A stretch of DNA of 64,000 nt from Eledone cirrhosa (taxonomy: Eukaryota), in contig OZ024759.1 of the NCBI GenBank assembly GCA_964016885.1, positions 15,810,001-15,874,000 on the forward strand. The letters run 5' to 3'. The notes beneath the pieces were generated by a model that ran no database searches, was not told the origin of the DNA, and saw only the letters and a program-made list of their open reading frames with translations. Both the position numbers and the translations under genes were made by a program. Positions 13,292 to 27,075 of this stretch are shown here, in pieces (within the stretch, counting starts at the first letter, position 1; each line of letters opens with the position of its first letter).

Positions 13292-13667
13292 TCAGGTTTG
13301 AGGTTCACCACTGGATAGAGCTGGTCAATTCCGTATGGTCAATCTTAATGTAATAATATGGAGAGTACTCAACGTAAAGCAGTTCAACCGTCTTTGTTTT
13401 TGTAGTTGGTGGTGCTAGTACGGAGTTAAATATTATAATGAAATGACAGGAGGCTGGACTTGTGTAAATCCTTGAAAGGCTTATTATACTATGATCATTT
13501 GATTTTCAGCCCCATGGATTTTATCTATTACATTCACTTATTATATTTCGAATACCTGATGATATCACCAGATTCATCCGGAACCCGGTCATTGAAATGA
13601 TCATAGTATAATAAACCTTTCAAGGATTTACACAAGTCCAGCCTCCTTTCATTTCATTACAATATCT
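13291..13667. mobile_element. TA-flanked foldback element with HHR
   Basis: Inverted arms 13430-13500/13595-13665 with a few mismatches; unique tail 13291-13429. Confidence 0.85.
13552..13609 (+). ncRNA. Type I hammerhead ribozyme
   Basis: atac-CTGATGA-helix II (atcacc/ggtcat, imperfect)-GAAA-TGATCA-T-A-gtat. Helix III is the palindrome ATGATCAT. Confidence 0.75.
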
Positions 13668-13951
13668 ATATATATATATATATATATATCATAAATCATG
13701 TCCGTAGAAATATTAGATAAAATATATACCATTTCCTCTCGCAATTAGCATAATTAATCATATAAAAAAATCAATTAGACCAGGCTATAAGAATAAAGGC
13801 ACCTATGAAAAAATATTTGATAAATAACCGAAAGCGGCCTCTTCGCGGTTGACCCCAATAGGGTATTTACCCAACATTTCAACAGCATGTAGAAACTGAC
13901 TAAATATACCGTCAACCATACACAATTTATATATATATATATACATATATA

Positions 13952-14052
13952 CACAGGGTGTCCCATAAAATGTATACAAACACCAATAGCTTTCTAATGA
14001 ATATTGCCTGTACAGGTTATCAAAGTATGTATATATTTTGGGGGAGATTGTG
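13952..14052. mobile_element. Degenerate Tc1/mariner-type MITE
   Basis: cagggtgtcccataaaatgtatac at the left, imperfect inverted gtatatattttgggggagattg at the right. Confidence 0.35.
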
Positions 14053-14132
14053 TGTGTATATATATATATATATATATACATACAGGAACACAGAAGCATA
14101 TATACACACAAGAGCATAAGTATGTGCATGCA

Positions 14133-14190
<58 letters not shown>

Positions 14191-14195
14191 TAGAT

Positions 14196-14530
14196 ATAGA
14201 AACAAGTAAGACCCCGACGGCTGAGCTCAAGCCGTTTCGACGGCTAATTCTGGACTGAATGAAAATTTATTCTGGTATTTAAATAGCCGAGCTTATCAAG
14301 GGGTAATTCCATATATGGTCAAAAAGATAATCACCAGGATTGGTCACATCACAAGTTAGTAGTAAATCTGTGATGGCAAATTTTCATTCAGTCCAGAATT
14401 AGCCGTCGAAACGACTTGAGCTCAGCCGTCGGGGTCTTACTTGTTCCTATTACCCACTCTACTACCCTAAGTATTGAGTACTTTGGTGCCTTATGGTCCA
14501 CCTGGTTCCTTACCACATTTCCTTCGTTAT
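14196..14530. mobile_element. Family A foldback element (most complete copy)
   Basis: Inverted arms 14196-14268/14378-14450, a tail to 14530, and TA flanks. Confidence 0.88.
14211..14304 (-). ncRNA. Type I hammerhead ribozyme, U3-A8 core variant
   Basis: Minus strand: acccc-TTGATAA-g..cggcta...tagccgtc-GAAA-CGGC-ttgagctca-GCCG-TC-ggggt. Helix I is 5 bp, the cleavage triplet is GUC, and loop III contains a GAGCTC palindrome. Confidence 0.8.
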
Positions 14531-14612
14531 ATATACATATATATATATATAGATAGATATAGATATATATAGATAGATATAACTTTATCCAGGTTTCAAT
14601 CGGGAGTAACCA

Positions 14613-14668
<56 letters not shown>

Positions 14669-16442
14669 CACTAAATATTATGAGTTGTGAATGTGTCTGT
14701 TAGACTATATATGTTCCTATGTACTTCTTGATAAACATGAAAATGATATAAAGGCGTTATATGAAACATGTATACGTAAATGAATACATACATACATATC
14801 ACGTCGATATTCTCTTATGCATATGTCTAAACACAAGCACTCATTATGGCGAGAGAGAGAGGGGGAGAGAGAGAGAGATACGCACGCACACATATATATG
14901 TATATATATATATATATATAGTGACAAATATATACACACACACAAACATATGTGTATATATATATAAATAATATATATATAAGAGAGATGGTATCACAGA
15001 CTCACCAGTTTATCAGCCTAACATACACACATACATACACATACATTTATGAATGTACAGACGCGCATATATATATATATATGTACACACACACACATAT
15101 ATATATACAGACACGCATATATATATATGTACACACACACACATATGTACACACACACACATATATATATATATATGTACACACACACACATATATATGT
15201 ACACACACACGCACACATATATATATATGTACACACACATATATATATGTACACACACACACACATATATACATATATATATATATGTACACACACACAC
15301 ATATATATATGTATGAATGTACAGACACACACACACACATATATATATATAAATATATACACACACAAACACATATATATATGTATGTATGAATGTACAG
15401 ACACACACACATATATATATATATATACACACACACATACACACACATAAAGGCACACACATACACATATATATAGGTACACAGACACAAAGATATATAA
15501 ATTCACGCAAATATATTCTCTTTCTTATTATTTTATTTCTTTCTCTGTTTTTGTCATGCGGCAACTTTAGGAATTCTCTCCGATTCCCTATCGCCAAAGA
15601 TATGACAAACTTGAAGATTTTGTTCCTGATACAACCAATAAACTGTTCAGTGTCTTGTGAATTACTATCGAACTAGGGAATCGAAGCTGATAAAGATATA
15701 GTGAAATCTATTTTGGTATTTGTGGCAATAGCGCATGTGTAATTCATTGATATGGATATGGTGCGTGTTCTCTCTCTCTCTCTCTCGATTAACTTACCAA
15801 GCATTGGGAAATGTGAAAGACAATATTGTCGCCACAATGCACAAAAAACAATAATTGATAGCTATACAGACATATACATATATATATATATAATCTCTCA
15901 TGATGGTGATGTTATATCTGATCATTTTATATATATATATATATATATGAAAACAGGGAGAAAGAGACGATTATGAGGAAGAAAAAAATTTTTTTTTTCC
16001 TTTTTTTGTCTCTCTCTCTCTCTTTTCTGGGTTAGAAAATGATTAAAACGAAATGTTTTACTTTGTGTGAAGTGTTAAGGTATTAGTTGATTTATTTATT
16101 ATTTAACAATGGCATTTATTTATCTATTTATATATTTAATTATTGTCTATTACCGGTTTCTGCATTTATATGCATTATCAAATGATAGTGAAATATATTA
16201 GTGTGGTGTTACACATGTTAAACAGAAGGTGAAGAAAGAATAATGTTATATACAAACAAGGTTTGTATATATATATAATCTCCTTCACGCCGACGTTTAT
16301 ATTTTTCTTGGTGCAATACTTCTTTATATATATATTAGGAATTTATTTGCTTTAACATATGTTTCTGTGTCTATCATAATTGTCTACATATGCTGACTAC
16401 AATATATATACATATATATACCCAATATATATATATATACCC

Positions 16443-16500
16443 GTTTTGTCTGAAGAAGGCATGCTATAATTTAGCACACCAGAAATATATATAATGAAAT
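16443..16500 (+). ncRNA. Type I hammerhead ribozyme
   Basis: gttttgt-CTGAAGA-a-gg..tgcta-taatt-tagca..cc-a-GAAA-TATATA-T-A-atgaaat. Confidence 0.7.
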
Positions 16501-16914
16501 AAATAATGATACTATAGTGTTATATATACTGTTTATGACTATTATTATCATCATACTACTCCAGATAAATTTTTAGCTGTTGAGTGCTTCGTATCTATTG
16601 TAAACGTAACTCTATTGATTACACATCAACAAAGTCTCTAACACATTATATATATATATATATATATGTGTGCACACACACACATACTTACACAAATGCA
16701 TAATATATAATATAATTAAGTTTAATCTATAAATATAAAATATATATTGATTATATTACTCAACAAAGAAGGCGCAATCAACATCAATTATAAAATTTTA
16801 AACGGTATGCAAACATTTTTTCGTATATCATGTAGTATGTACCTATATATATAGAAAACAAATAATAAACGTATTCAAGATAAAATGAAATCAAAATTGC
16901 TTAAAGCTCTTTTA

Positions 16915-16978
<64 letters not shown>

Positions 16979-17321
16979 TATTACAATGCGAAGACGAGAT
17001 TTCATAACTTCTTCAATTACACAATTGCCAAAAGTATTTCTGTAATGAAATGGCTGTCATGATACCACCCACGTTAATCATACACTCATAAGGATGGAAG
17101 CAGACCTTTTAGAATAAAAAATACGAAGCGCAGGTCTGTCTCGCTATCAACTCATTACAGTGCTTTGCAATTGGTTAACCTAATGTGCCATCTGAAGACG
17201 ACGTGTCATGGATTGTGTCATTTTATCATGACATGTCCATTCCACCACAGAATCTTTACATAGGAATTTTTATTAAATGATTTTACTATAAACACCGTCA
17301 TTATTTACGGATACTATACTC

Positions 17322-17392
<71 letters not shown>

Positions 17393-17552
17393 CTTCTACA
17401 GGACTACAACTGTTTCATTCGTGATAAATCATCAGGAAGCACACACATATATATATATGTATGTGTGCGTGCTTGTGCGAGAGAGTGTGGGGGTGAGTGT
17501 GTGTAGAGTGTGAGTGTATGTGTGTGGTGTGTGGTGTGTGCCTGTGTGTGTG

Positions 17553-17589
<37 letters not shown>

Positions 17590-17884
17590 ATGTGTCCATG
17601 TAAAAAGCAAAGGGTTTATTTTCTTTGGTAACGATTCTCTATATTGGTTCTTTCTTCTGATTTGTGTGTGAATGTATATAAGAGTGTGTGTATGAGAGTG
17701 TGTATATGAGAGTGTGTGTATGAGAGTGTGTGTGTATATGAGTGTGTGTGTGTGTGTATATGAGGGTGTGTATGAGAGTGTGTGTGTGTATATGAGTGTG
17801 TGTGTGTGTGTATGAGTGTGTGTGTGTATATGAGTGTGTGTGTATATGAGTGTGTGTGTATATGAGCGTGTGTGCATATGAGCG

Positions 17885-18720
17885 TGGTGATCGTGGTGGT
17901 GGGGATATTGGTGGTACTGTTGATGATGATGATGGTGGTGGGGATATTGGTAGTACTGTTGACGATGGTGGTGGTGGAGGTATTGGTGGTACTGTTGATG
18001 GTGGTGGTGGTGGAGGTATTGGTAGTACTGTTGATGATGGTGGTGGTGGTGGAGGTATTGGTGGTACTGTTGATGATGATGGTGGTGGTGGTGGTGGTGG
18101 TGGTGGAGGTAGTATTGGTGGTCCTCTTGATGGTGGTGATGGTAGTGTTCTTTATGTTGTTGTAGGTGGTGTTGATAGTGGTGGTGGTGGTGGTAGTGTT
18201 TGTGTTGTTCTTGGTGGTGGTGATGATTAGGGTAGTGTTTGTATTGTTTAGGGGGTGTTGATAATGGTGGTGGTGGTGGTATTGGTGGTACTGGTGATGG
18301 TGGTGGCGGTAGTGGTGGTCTTGATGGAGGTGGTAGTGTTGATGGTGGTGGTTCTGATGGTGGTGGTGGCAGTAGTGGTGGTCTTGATGGAGGTGGTGGT
18401 GGTGGTGGTAGTGTTGATGGTGGTGATGGTAGTGTTTTTTTATGTTGTTCTATGTGGTGTTGATAGTGGTGGTGGTGATGCTGTTGATGGTGGTGATGAT
18501 TAGGGTAGTGTTTGTATTGTTTAGGGGGCGCTGATAATGGTGATGGTGGTGGTATTGGTGGTAGTGGTGATGGTGGTGGTCTTGATGGTTGTGATGGTAT
18601 TGTTTTGTGGTATACTAGGCGGTGTGGATGGTGGTGGTACTGATGATGTTGGTGGTATTGACGGTAGTGGTGGTACTGATGGTGCTGGTTGGTGTAGTGG
18701 TGGTGGCGCTGATGTTTAGT
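17885..18720. repeat. (GGT)n/(GAT)n low-complexity repeat
   Basis: Direct inspection. The G/V-rich ORFs here are artefacts. Confidence 0.9.
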
Positions 18721-19229
18721 GTTAATATATATTGATATATGTGTAGATTAAGCAAAAAGAAGCCATGTTGCATGTCTTTCCATAGCATTAAGAAGCATGG
18801 AATCTTGGATGCTTCGTTGCGTGGGTTCGTTCATCTGTATATTGCATATATAAGTGTGTGTGAGACATATCTTATACATATATATGTGTGTGTGAGACTT
18901 ATCTTATACATATATATATGTGTGTGTGAGACTTATTATCTTATACATATATATGTGTGTGTGTGTGAGACTTAACTTATACATATATATGTGTGTGTGA
19001 GACTTATCTGATACATATATGTGTATGTGTGTGTGTGTGAGACGTATTATCTTATACATATGTATGTGGCGGTGGGGGGGGGGGGGTTAACAAATATATA
19101 TAAGGTACGGCCATTATATAAATAAGATAGGAATGTAAATATTTTATGTATTATGTGTGTATATATATATATATAAGCACACACACACATGTATATATAT
19201 ACGCACACACACACACATGTATATATAGA

Positions 19230-19513
19230 CTGACACACACACACATATATATATATATACACACATGTGTATAGAGAGAGAGAAACATACACACATATAT
19301 ATATATATATATATACACACACATACCTAATCATACACACACACGTACAGACACACACATGTATATAAATATATATATATATATATTATATATATATATA
19401 CATATACAGACACACACAAACATATATATCTATATCTATATATGCAGACACACATATATATATATATATACACACACATACCTAATCATACACACACACG
19501 TACAGACACACAC

Positions 19514-19562
<49 letters not shown>

Positions 19563-19665
19563 CACACACAAACATATATATCTATATCTATATATGCAGA
19601 CACACATATATATATATATATACACACACATACCTAATCATACACACACACGTACAGACACACAC

Positions 19666-19706
<41 letters not shown>

Positions 19707-19765
19707 CAGACACACACAAACATATATATCTATATCTATATATGCAGACACACATATATATATCT
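19230..19765. repeat. Higher-order tandem repeat of compound microsatellite units (about 140-160 bp, about 3.5 copies)
   Basis: cacatacctaatcatacacacacacgtacagacacacacatg recurs at about 19320, 19476 and 19627. Confidence 0.8.
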
Positions 19766-20175
19766 CCAGACACACACATATATACACATATATATATATA
19801 TACATACATATATATATGCATCACTACATACATTCTTGCCATATGTATGTATGTATGTATGAGCTTCCTCATATCCACGCATGCGCATACATGCATTCAG
19901 TGGCTCATCTCAACCTTGATATTTCCAGGCTACATTATAATCAGGAGAGAAAAACCTCCTCTTCATCTCCCATGATGATGAATATATAAGTCAAGGCTCC
20001 AAACATATGCCTGTAAGATGTATTGTTGACCACGTGGCGGAACCGAGCCATGGATGCGAGTGATTCGAAAGGAAAGCAATGGAACTCATCTTCTGATCAG
20101 ACCAAGGAAATATTGTATTCATTGGCATTTCAATGTCATGCTCTTAAAACAGAATACATCAATATTGGTGGAAAA

Positions 20176-21375
20176 TAAGAAAGGAACTGATCGTCAGATT
20201 TGACCAAGAAAACAACGTTTCCATTAGTTTTTCCATAGCTGATACTATCTGCCGGCCACTTCCGCAGAAAAAAAGGAGCCGATCCTTAGATTGGACCAAG
20301 GAACGATGTTTCCATTAGTCTTTCCATAGCTGATACTATCTGCCGGCCACTTCCGCAGAAAAAAAAGGAGCCGATCCTTAGATTGGACCAAGGAAACAAT
20401 GTTTCCATTAGTCTTTCCATAGCTGATACTATCTGCCGGCCACTTCCGCAGAAAAAAAAGGAGCCGATCCTTAGATTGGACCAAGGAAACAATGTTTCCA
20501 TTAGTCTTTCCATAGCTGATACTATCTGCCGGCCACTTCCGCAGAAAAAAAAGGAGCCGATCCTTAGATTGGACCAAGGAAACAATGTTTCCATTAGTCT
20601 TTCCATAGCTGATACTATCTGCCGGCCACTTCCGCAGAAAAAAAAGGAGCCGATCCTTAGATTGGACCAAGGAAACAATGTTTCCATTAGTCTTTCCATA
20701 GCTGATACTATCTGCCGGCCACTTCCGCAGAAAAAAAAGGAGCCGATCCTTAGATTGGACCAAGGAAACAATGTTTCCATTAGTCTTTCCATAGCTGATA
20801 CTATCTGCCGGCCACTTCCGCAGAAAAAAAAGGAGCCGATCCTTAGATTGGACCAAGGAAACAATGTTTCCATTAGTCTTTCCATAGCTGATACTATCTG
20901 CCGGCCACTTCCGCAGAAAAAAAAGGAGCCGATCCTTAGATTGGACCAAGGAAACAATGTTTCCATTAGTCTTTCCATAGCTGATACTATCTGCCGGCCA
21001 CTTCCGCAGAAAAAAAAGGAGCCGATCCTTAGATTGGACCAAGGAAACAATGTTTCCATTAGTCTTTCCATTACTGATACTAGTTGCCGGCCACTTCCAC
21101 AGAAGAAAAAGGAGCCGATCCTTAGATTGGACCAAGGAAGCAATGTTTCCATTAGTCTTTCCATTGCTGGTACTATCTGCCGGCCACTTCCACAGAAAAA
21201 AAAGGAGCCGATCCTTAGATTGGACCAAGGAAACAATGTTTCCATTAGTCTTTCCATTTCTGATACTATCTGACGGCCACAAATCCTGCAGAAAGGAAAG
21301 GAGCCGATCCTCAGATCGGACCCAGGTAACAATGTTTCCATTGGTATTTCCATTGCTGATACTACTTCTAAGTTG
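20176..21375. repeat. 93-bp tandem repeat, about 12 copies with a homogeneous core
   Basis: 31-aa periodic translations. The unit contains the palindrome GGAAACAATGTTTCC, and the edge copies are diverged. Confidence 0.97.
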
Positions 21376-22441
21376 TACCCCCTAGCAGAAGAAGCAACAT
21401 GAAATAAAATGGGGTGGGGTGAATGGACAGAGATGCTTGCGAGGAATTTTAGTTAATTTATGTTGTTTTACTTTTTGATTTTAGATATGTTTATTTTTAA
21501 TCTTCTACTAGCTGCAATAGTAAAGAAATTCGCTTTGCAATCATAAGATTCGGGGTTTGATTACACAGAGTGACACCTTAAGGAACTTAGCATCGGGTTG
21601 AGTGAAGCCTTGCGTGAGAAATTGGGTTGATAAAATGAGCTTGGAAATCGCGTCTTTTGAATTGTATGGGTAATTGAAAGGGTTGATTCCATATTTTGAT
21701 CTATATTTTGTAATGTGGTTATGTATATAACTGATCTTTGTACGACTTCGTCACAAGAGATAGTCCAGCGCCTATGTCTATTTTCAGAGCCGCCGAAATT
21801 GGTCTGAGTAAGATAGTCTTAAACCTGAGCAATAGAGTAGACACAACGAAATTCATTATGAGATAGGTGAAAATGGTACTACTAAAATTATGCCATAGAT
21901 TAAATATACCATGTTAGAAGAAGAGCGGACGATGTGATAGGCTTCTACACAGTCTCTATCCACTAAATTCCACGCAAAAGCAATACATCTATCCGAGGTT
22001 ATGACAGAAAACTCTTACCCAAATATCCGCATCACAGAAAGATCGATATAGAAAGTGTGGAGTTGCGGAGAGGAAGGATTACGTAACGTAAAACTATATC
22101 TATGAGACGAAAAGCTGTAATGTAGTATGATAAAAGCTATTTCCTTGGAATAAAGTAAATATTTTCATGGCATAACATTCGCAGATGGGTTCCTGTCACA
22201 CAAGAAAATTATATATGGAGAGTATTGAAGAATGAACAAATGGTTTGCTCTTAAAAGGAGAAATTTTTGTTGTTTTGGGAAAATTAGTAGTATTACCAAA
22301 GTTGTTGGTGATGCTGTAATCCACCTTTAAAGTTATTAGCACTTAATAATTCATCAAAGCGAATACATATTCGTATGCGTGTATGCATATATATTAGTAT
22401 ATGACCATATATATGTGTGTGTATGTGGGCATGTGTTCGCG

Positions 22442-22505
<64 letters not shown>

Positions 22506-23144
22506 TGGTGTGCGTGTATGTATATCGAAACATTCTTAATATTCAATCAAAGAGAATATATATATATATATATATGTGGGGTCGGTATCTATGGGGATAT
22601 GGGTATTTATATGTATATTTATAACATAGAACATAATTACGTGTATGCGTATACTTATAGACATATACATATATTTATATATATACATAGATACACATAT
22701 ACATACATATATACATATGTATACATATATATACACATATATACATATATATACATATATATACACATATATACATATATATACATATATATACACATAT
22801 ATACACATATATACACATATATACATATATATACATATATATACACATATATACACATATATACACATATATACACATATATATACACATATATACACAT
22901 ATATACACATATATACACATATATATACACATATATACATATATATACATATACACACATATATATACATATACACACATATATATACACAGATATACAT
23001 ATATATACATATACACATATATACATATATATACATATACATACATACATATACATATATATACATATACATACATACATATACATATATATACATATAT
23101 ATATATATATACATATACATATACATAAATATACATAAATATAC

Positions 23145-23175
<31 letters not shown>

Positions 23176-23932
23176 CATAAATATACATAAATATACATAT
23201 ATATATATACATATACATACATATATACATATACATATATATACATAAATATACATATATATATATACATATACATACATATATATATATACATATACAT
23301 ACATACAATATACATATACATATACATATATACATATACATACATACACATATATATATACATATATATATACATATATATATACATATATACATATATA
23401 TATATACATATATACATATACATATATATATACATATATATACACACATATATATACATATATATACACATATATATACACATATATATATACATATATA
23501 TATATACATATATATACACATATATATATATATACATATATACATATACATACACAAATATATATACATATATACATATACATACACATATATATATACA
23601 TATATATAAACATATATATATACACATATACATACACATATATACATACATATATATACACATATATATATACATATATATACACATATATATATACATA
23701 TATATATACACATATATATACATATATATATACACACATATATATATACACATACATACATACACACATATACATATATATATACATATACATATATATA
23801 CATATACATATATATACATTCATATACATATACATATATATACATATATATACATATATATATATATACATATACATATATATATATATACATATACATA
23901 TATATATATATACATATACATATATACATATA

Positions 23933-24150
23933 TATAGATAATTTAATATATCAACTAACATAAGCGCACAGATGCACGCCCATGCCAGCAAATACACAGG
24001 TTATGTCATAGTACCTAGGTGGTTCAATGCAGGAGAATGCAGAACAATAATATAAAGGACGTAAAATAAGAAAATATTTTTTTTAAAAAAATTTTAAAAA
24101 ATTTTTTTATCTTACTTAAATTTTCACTCCAACTAATTAGTTTCTGCAAT
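23933..24150 (-). mobile_element. Inverted partial monomer of the 560-bp HHR repeat
   Basis: Reverse complement of the monomer from attgcagaaactaattagttggagt to attatctata, then (TA)n. Confidence 0.92.
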
Positions 24151-24584
24151 AAAAAATATTTTCTTATTTTACGTCCTTTATATTATTGTTCTGCATTCTC
24201 CTGCATTGAACCACCTAGGTACTATGACATAACCTGTGTATTTGCTGGCATGGGCGTGCATCTGTGCGCTTATGTTAGTTGATATATTAAATTATCTATA
24301 TTTATCTCCAAATCACTGATTTGTCGAGCAAACTTGTCAAAACCACTTCTAAAAAAATTTTTTTTGGGGTGTTAGTAGGCGTCAGTCATCTTACCATCCC
24401 ATTCCTTCTAACTAGCCTCTGTGTCACGTGATTGATTCTTTAGAATCGGCCATTTGACTTGAAGCAGTGAGAATTTCGGTACATGGAATCCAGTCCTCGC
24501 AAGCTGTTCAATCTACCGAATTATTATTATTTTTATATGAGCCGCCAGTGTCCGCGCATTGCCTGGAGACTTAACTGAGAATAG

Positions 24585-24666
24585 ACTTCCTGATGACGCA
24601 ATGAATTCTCGACAGTTGGATTACATAACTGTCTTTATCCCATTGCAGAAACTAATTAGTTGGAGT
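24585..24666 (+). ncRNA. Type I hammerhead ribozyme (copy 1 of 5)
   Basis: acttc-CTGATGA-c-GCAATG-[gacagtt/aactgtc inner stem]-CATTGC-a-GAAA-CTAATTAG-T-T-ggagt. Confidence 0.85.
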
Positions 24667-25143
24667 GAAAATTTAAGTAAGATAAAAAAATTTTTTAAAA
24701 TTTTTTTAAAAAAAATATTTTCTTATTTTACGTCCTTTATATTATTGTTCTGCATTCTCCTGCATTGAACCACCTAGGTACTATGACATAACCTGTGTAT
24801 TTGCTGGCATGGGCGTGCATCTGTGCGCTTATGTTAGTTGATATATTAAATTATCTATATTTATCTCCAAATCACTGATTTGTCGAGCAAACTTGTCAAA
24901 ACCACTTCTAAAAAAATTTTTTTTGGGGTGTTAGTAGGCGTCAGTCATCTTACCATCCCATTCCTTCTAACTAGCCTCTGTGTCACGTGATTGATTCTTT
25001 AGAATCGGCCATTTGACTTGAAGCAGTGAGAATTTCGGTACATGGAATCCAGTCCTCGCAAGCTGTTCAATCTACCGAATTATTATTATTTTTATATGAG
25101 CCGCCAGTGTCCGCGCATTGCCTGGAGACTTAACTGAGAATAG

Positions 25144-25225
25144 ACTTCCTGATGACGCAATGAATTCTCGACAGTTGGATTACATAACTGTCTTTATCCC
25201 ATTGCAGAAACTAATTAGTTGGAGT
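25144..25225 (+). ncRNA. Hammerhead ribozyme copy 2
   Basis: Identical to 24585-24666. Confidence 0.85.
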
Positions 25226-25704
25226 GAAAATTTAAGTAAGATAAAAAAATTTTTTTAAATTTTTTTTAAAAAAAAATATTTTCTTATTTTACGTCCTTTA
25301 TATTATTGTTCTGCATTCTCCTGCATTGAACCACCTAGGTACTATGACATAACCTGTGTATTTGCTGGCATGGGCGTGCATCTGTGCGCTTATGTTAGTT
25401 GATATATTAAATTATCTATATTTATCTCCAAATCACTGATTTGTCGAGCAAACTTGTCAAAACCACTTCTAAAAAAATTTTTTTTGGGGTGTTAGTAGGC
25501 GTCAGTCATCTTACCATCCCATTCCTTCTAACTAGCCTCTGTGTCACGTGATTGATTCTTTAGAATCGGCCATTTGACTTGAAGCAGTGAGAATTTCGGT
25601 ACATGGAATCCAGTCCTCGCAAGCTGTTCAATCTACCGAATTATTATTATTTTTATATGAGCCGCCAGTGTCCGCGCATTGCCTGGAGACTTAACTGAGA
25701 ATAG

Positions 25705-25786
25705 ACTTCCTGATGACGCAATGAATTCTCGACAGTTGGATTACATAACTGTCTTTATCCCATTGCAGAAACTAATTAGTTGGAGT
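25705..25786 (+). ncRNA. Hammerhead ribozyme copy 3
   Basis: Identical to 24585-24666. Confidence 0.85.
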
Positions 25787-26264
25787 GAAAATTTAAGTAA
25801 GATAAAAAAATTTTTTAAAATTTTTTTAAAAAAAAATATTTTCTTATTTTACGTCCTTTATATTATTGTTCTGCATTCTCCTGCATTGAACCACCTAGGT
25901 ACTATGACATAACCTGTGTATTTGCTGGCATGGGCGTGCATCTGTGCGCTTATGTTAGTTGATATATTAAATTATCTATATTTATCTCCAAATCACTGAT
26001 TTGTCGAGCAAACTTGTCAAAACCACTTCTAAAAAAATTTTTTTTGGGGTGTTAGTAGGCGTCAGTCATCTTACCATCCCATTCCTTCTAACTAGCCTCT
26101 GTGTCACGTGATTGATTCTTTAGAATCGGCCATTTGACTTGAAGCAGTGAGAATTTCGGTACATGGAATCCAGTCCTCGCAAGCTGTTCAATCTACCGAA
26201 TTATTATTATTTTTATATGAGCCGCCAGTGTCCGCGCATTGCCTGGAGACTTAACTGAGAATAG

Positions 26265-26346
26265 ACTTCCTGATGACGCAATGAATTCTCGACAGTTGGA
26301 TTACATAACTGTCTTTATCCCATTGCAGAAACTAATTAGTTGGAGT
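26265..26346 (+). ncRNA. Hammerhead ribozyme copy 4
   Basis: Identical to 24585-24666. Confidence 0.85.
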
Positions 26347-26823
26347 GAAAATTTAAGTAAGATAAAAAAATTTTTTAAAATTTTTTTAAAAAAAATATTT
26401 TCTTATTTTACGTCCTTTATATTATTGTTCTGCATTCTCCTGCATTGAACCACCTAGGTACTATGACATAACCTGTGTATTTGCTGGCATGGGCGTGCAT
26501 CTGTGCGCTTATGTTAGTTGATATATTAAATTATCTATATTTATCTCCAAATCACTGATTTGTCGAGCAAACTTGTCAAAACCACTTCTAAAAAAATTTT
26601 TTTTGGGGTGTTAGTAGGCGTCAGTCATCTTACCATCCCATTCCTTCTAACTAGCCTCTGTGTCACGTGATTGATTCTTTAGAATCGGCCATTTGACTTG
26701 AAGCAGTGAGAATTTCGGTACATGGAATCCAGTCCTCGCAAGCTGTTCAATCTACCGAATTATTATTATTTTTATATGAGCCGCCAGTGTCCGCGCATTG
26801 CCTGGAGACTTAACTGAGAATAG

Positions 26824-26905
26824 ACTTCCTGATGACGCAATGAATTCTCGACAGTTGGATTACATAACTGTCTTTATCCCATTGCAGAAACTAATTAGTT
26901 GGAGT
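26824..26905 (+). ncRNA. Hammerhead ribozyme copy 5
   Basis: Identical to 24585-24666. Confidence 0.85.
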
Positions 26906-27007
26906 GAAAATTTAAGTAAGATAAAAAAATTTTTTAAAATTTTTTTAAAAAAAATATTTTCTTATTTTACGTCCTTTATATATACATATATATATATATA
27001 TATACTT

Positions 27008-27052
<45 letters not shown>

Positions 27053-27075
27053 CATATACATATATATATATATAT

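Larger units (their letters stand above)
24151..26980 (+). repeat. About 560-bp tandem array (5 copies) with one hammerhead ribozyme per monomer; retrozyme/pLTR-like
   Basis: Near-identical monomers that differ mainly in homopolymer lengths. The array ends at gtcctttata and runs into (TA)n. Confidence 0.95.

Noticed and set aside
15581-15683. HHR-like gttc-CTGAT...GAAT...ATC-gaac inside a 10-bp outer stem
   Set aside because: Both core halves are defective, so it cannot be supported without homologues.
17850-18719. Glycine-rich ORFs resembling structural proteins
   Set aside because: Simple (GGT)n repeat with stops and no splice or codon evidence.
20245-21353. Three long ORFs with 31-aa periodicity; a CRISPR-like or HHR-like reading of the 93-mer
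   Set aside because: A stop-free tandem unit of length 3n explains the ORFs. There are no unique spacers, and CTGATAC is not a valid hammerhead core.
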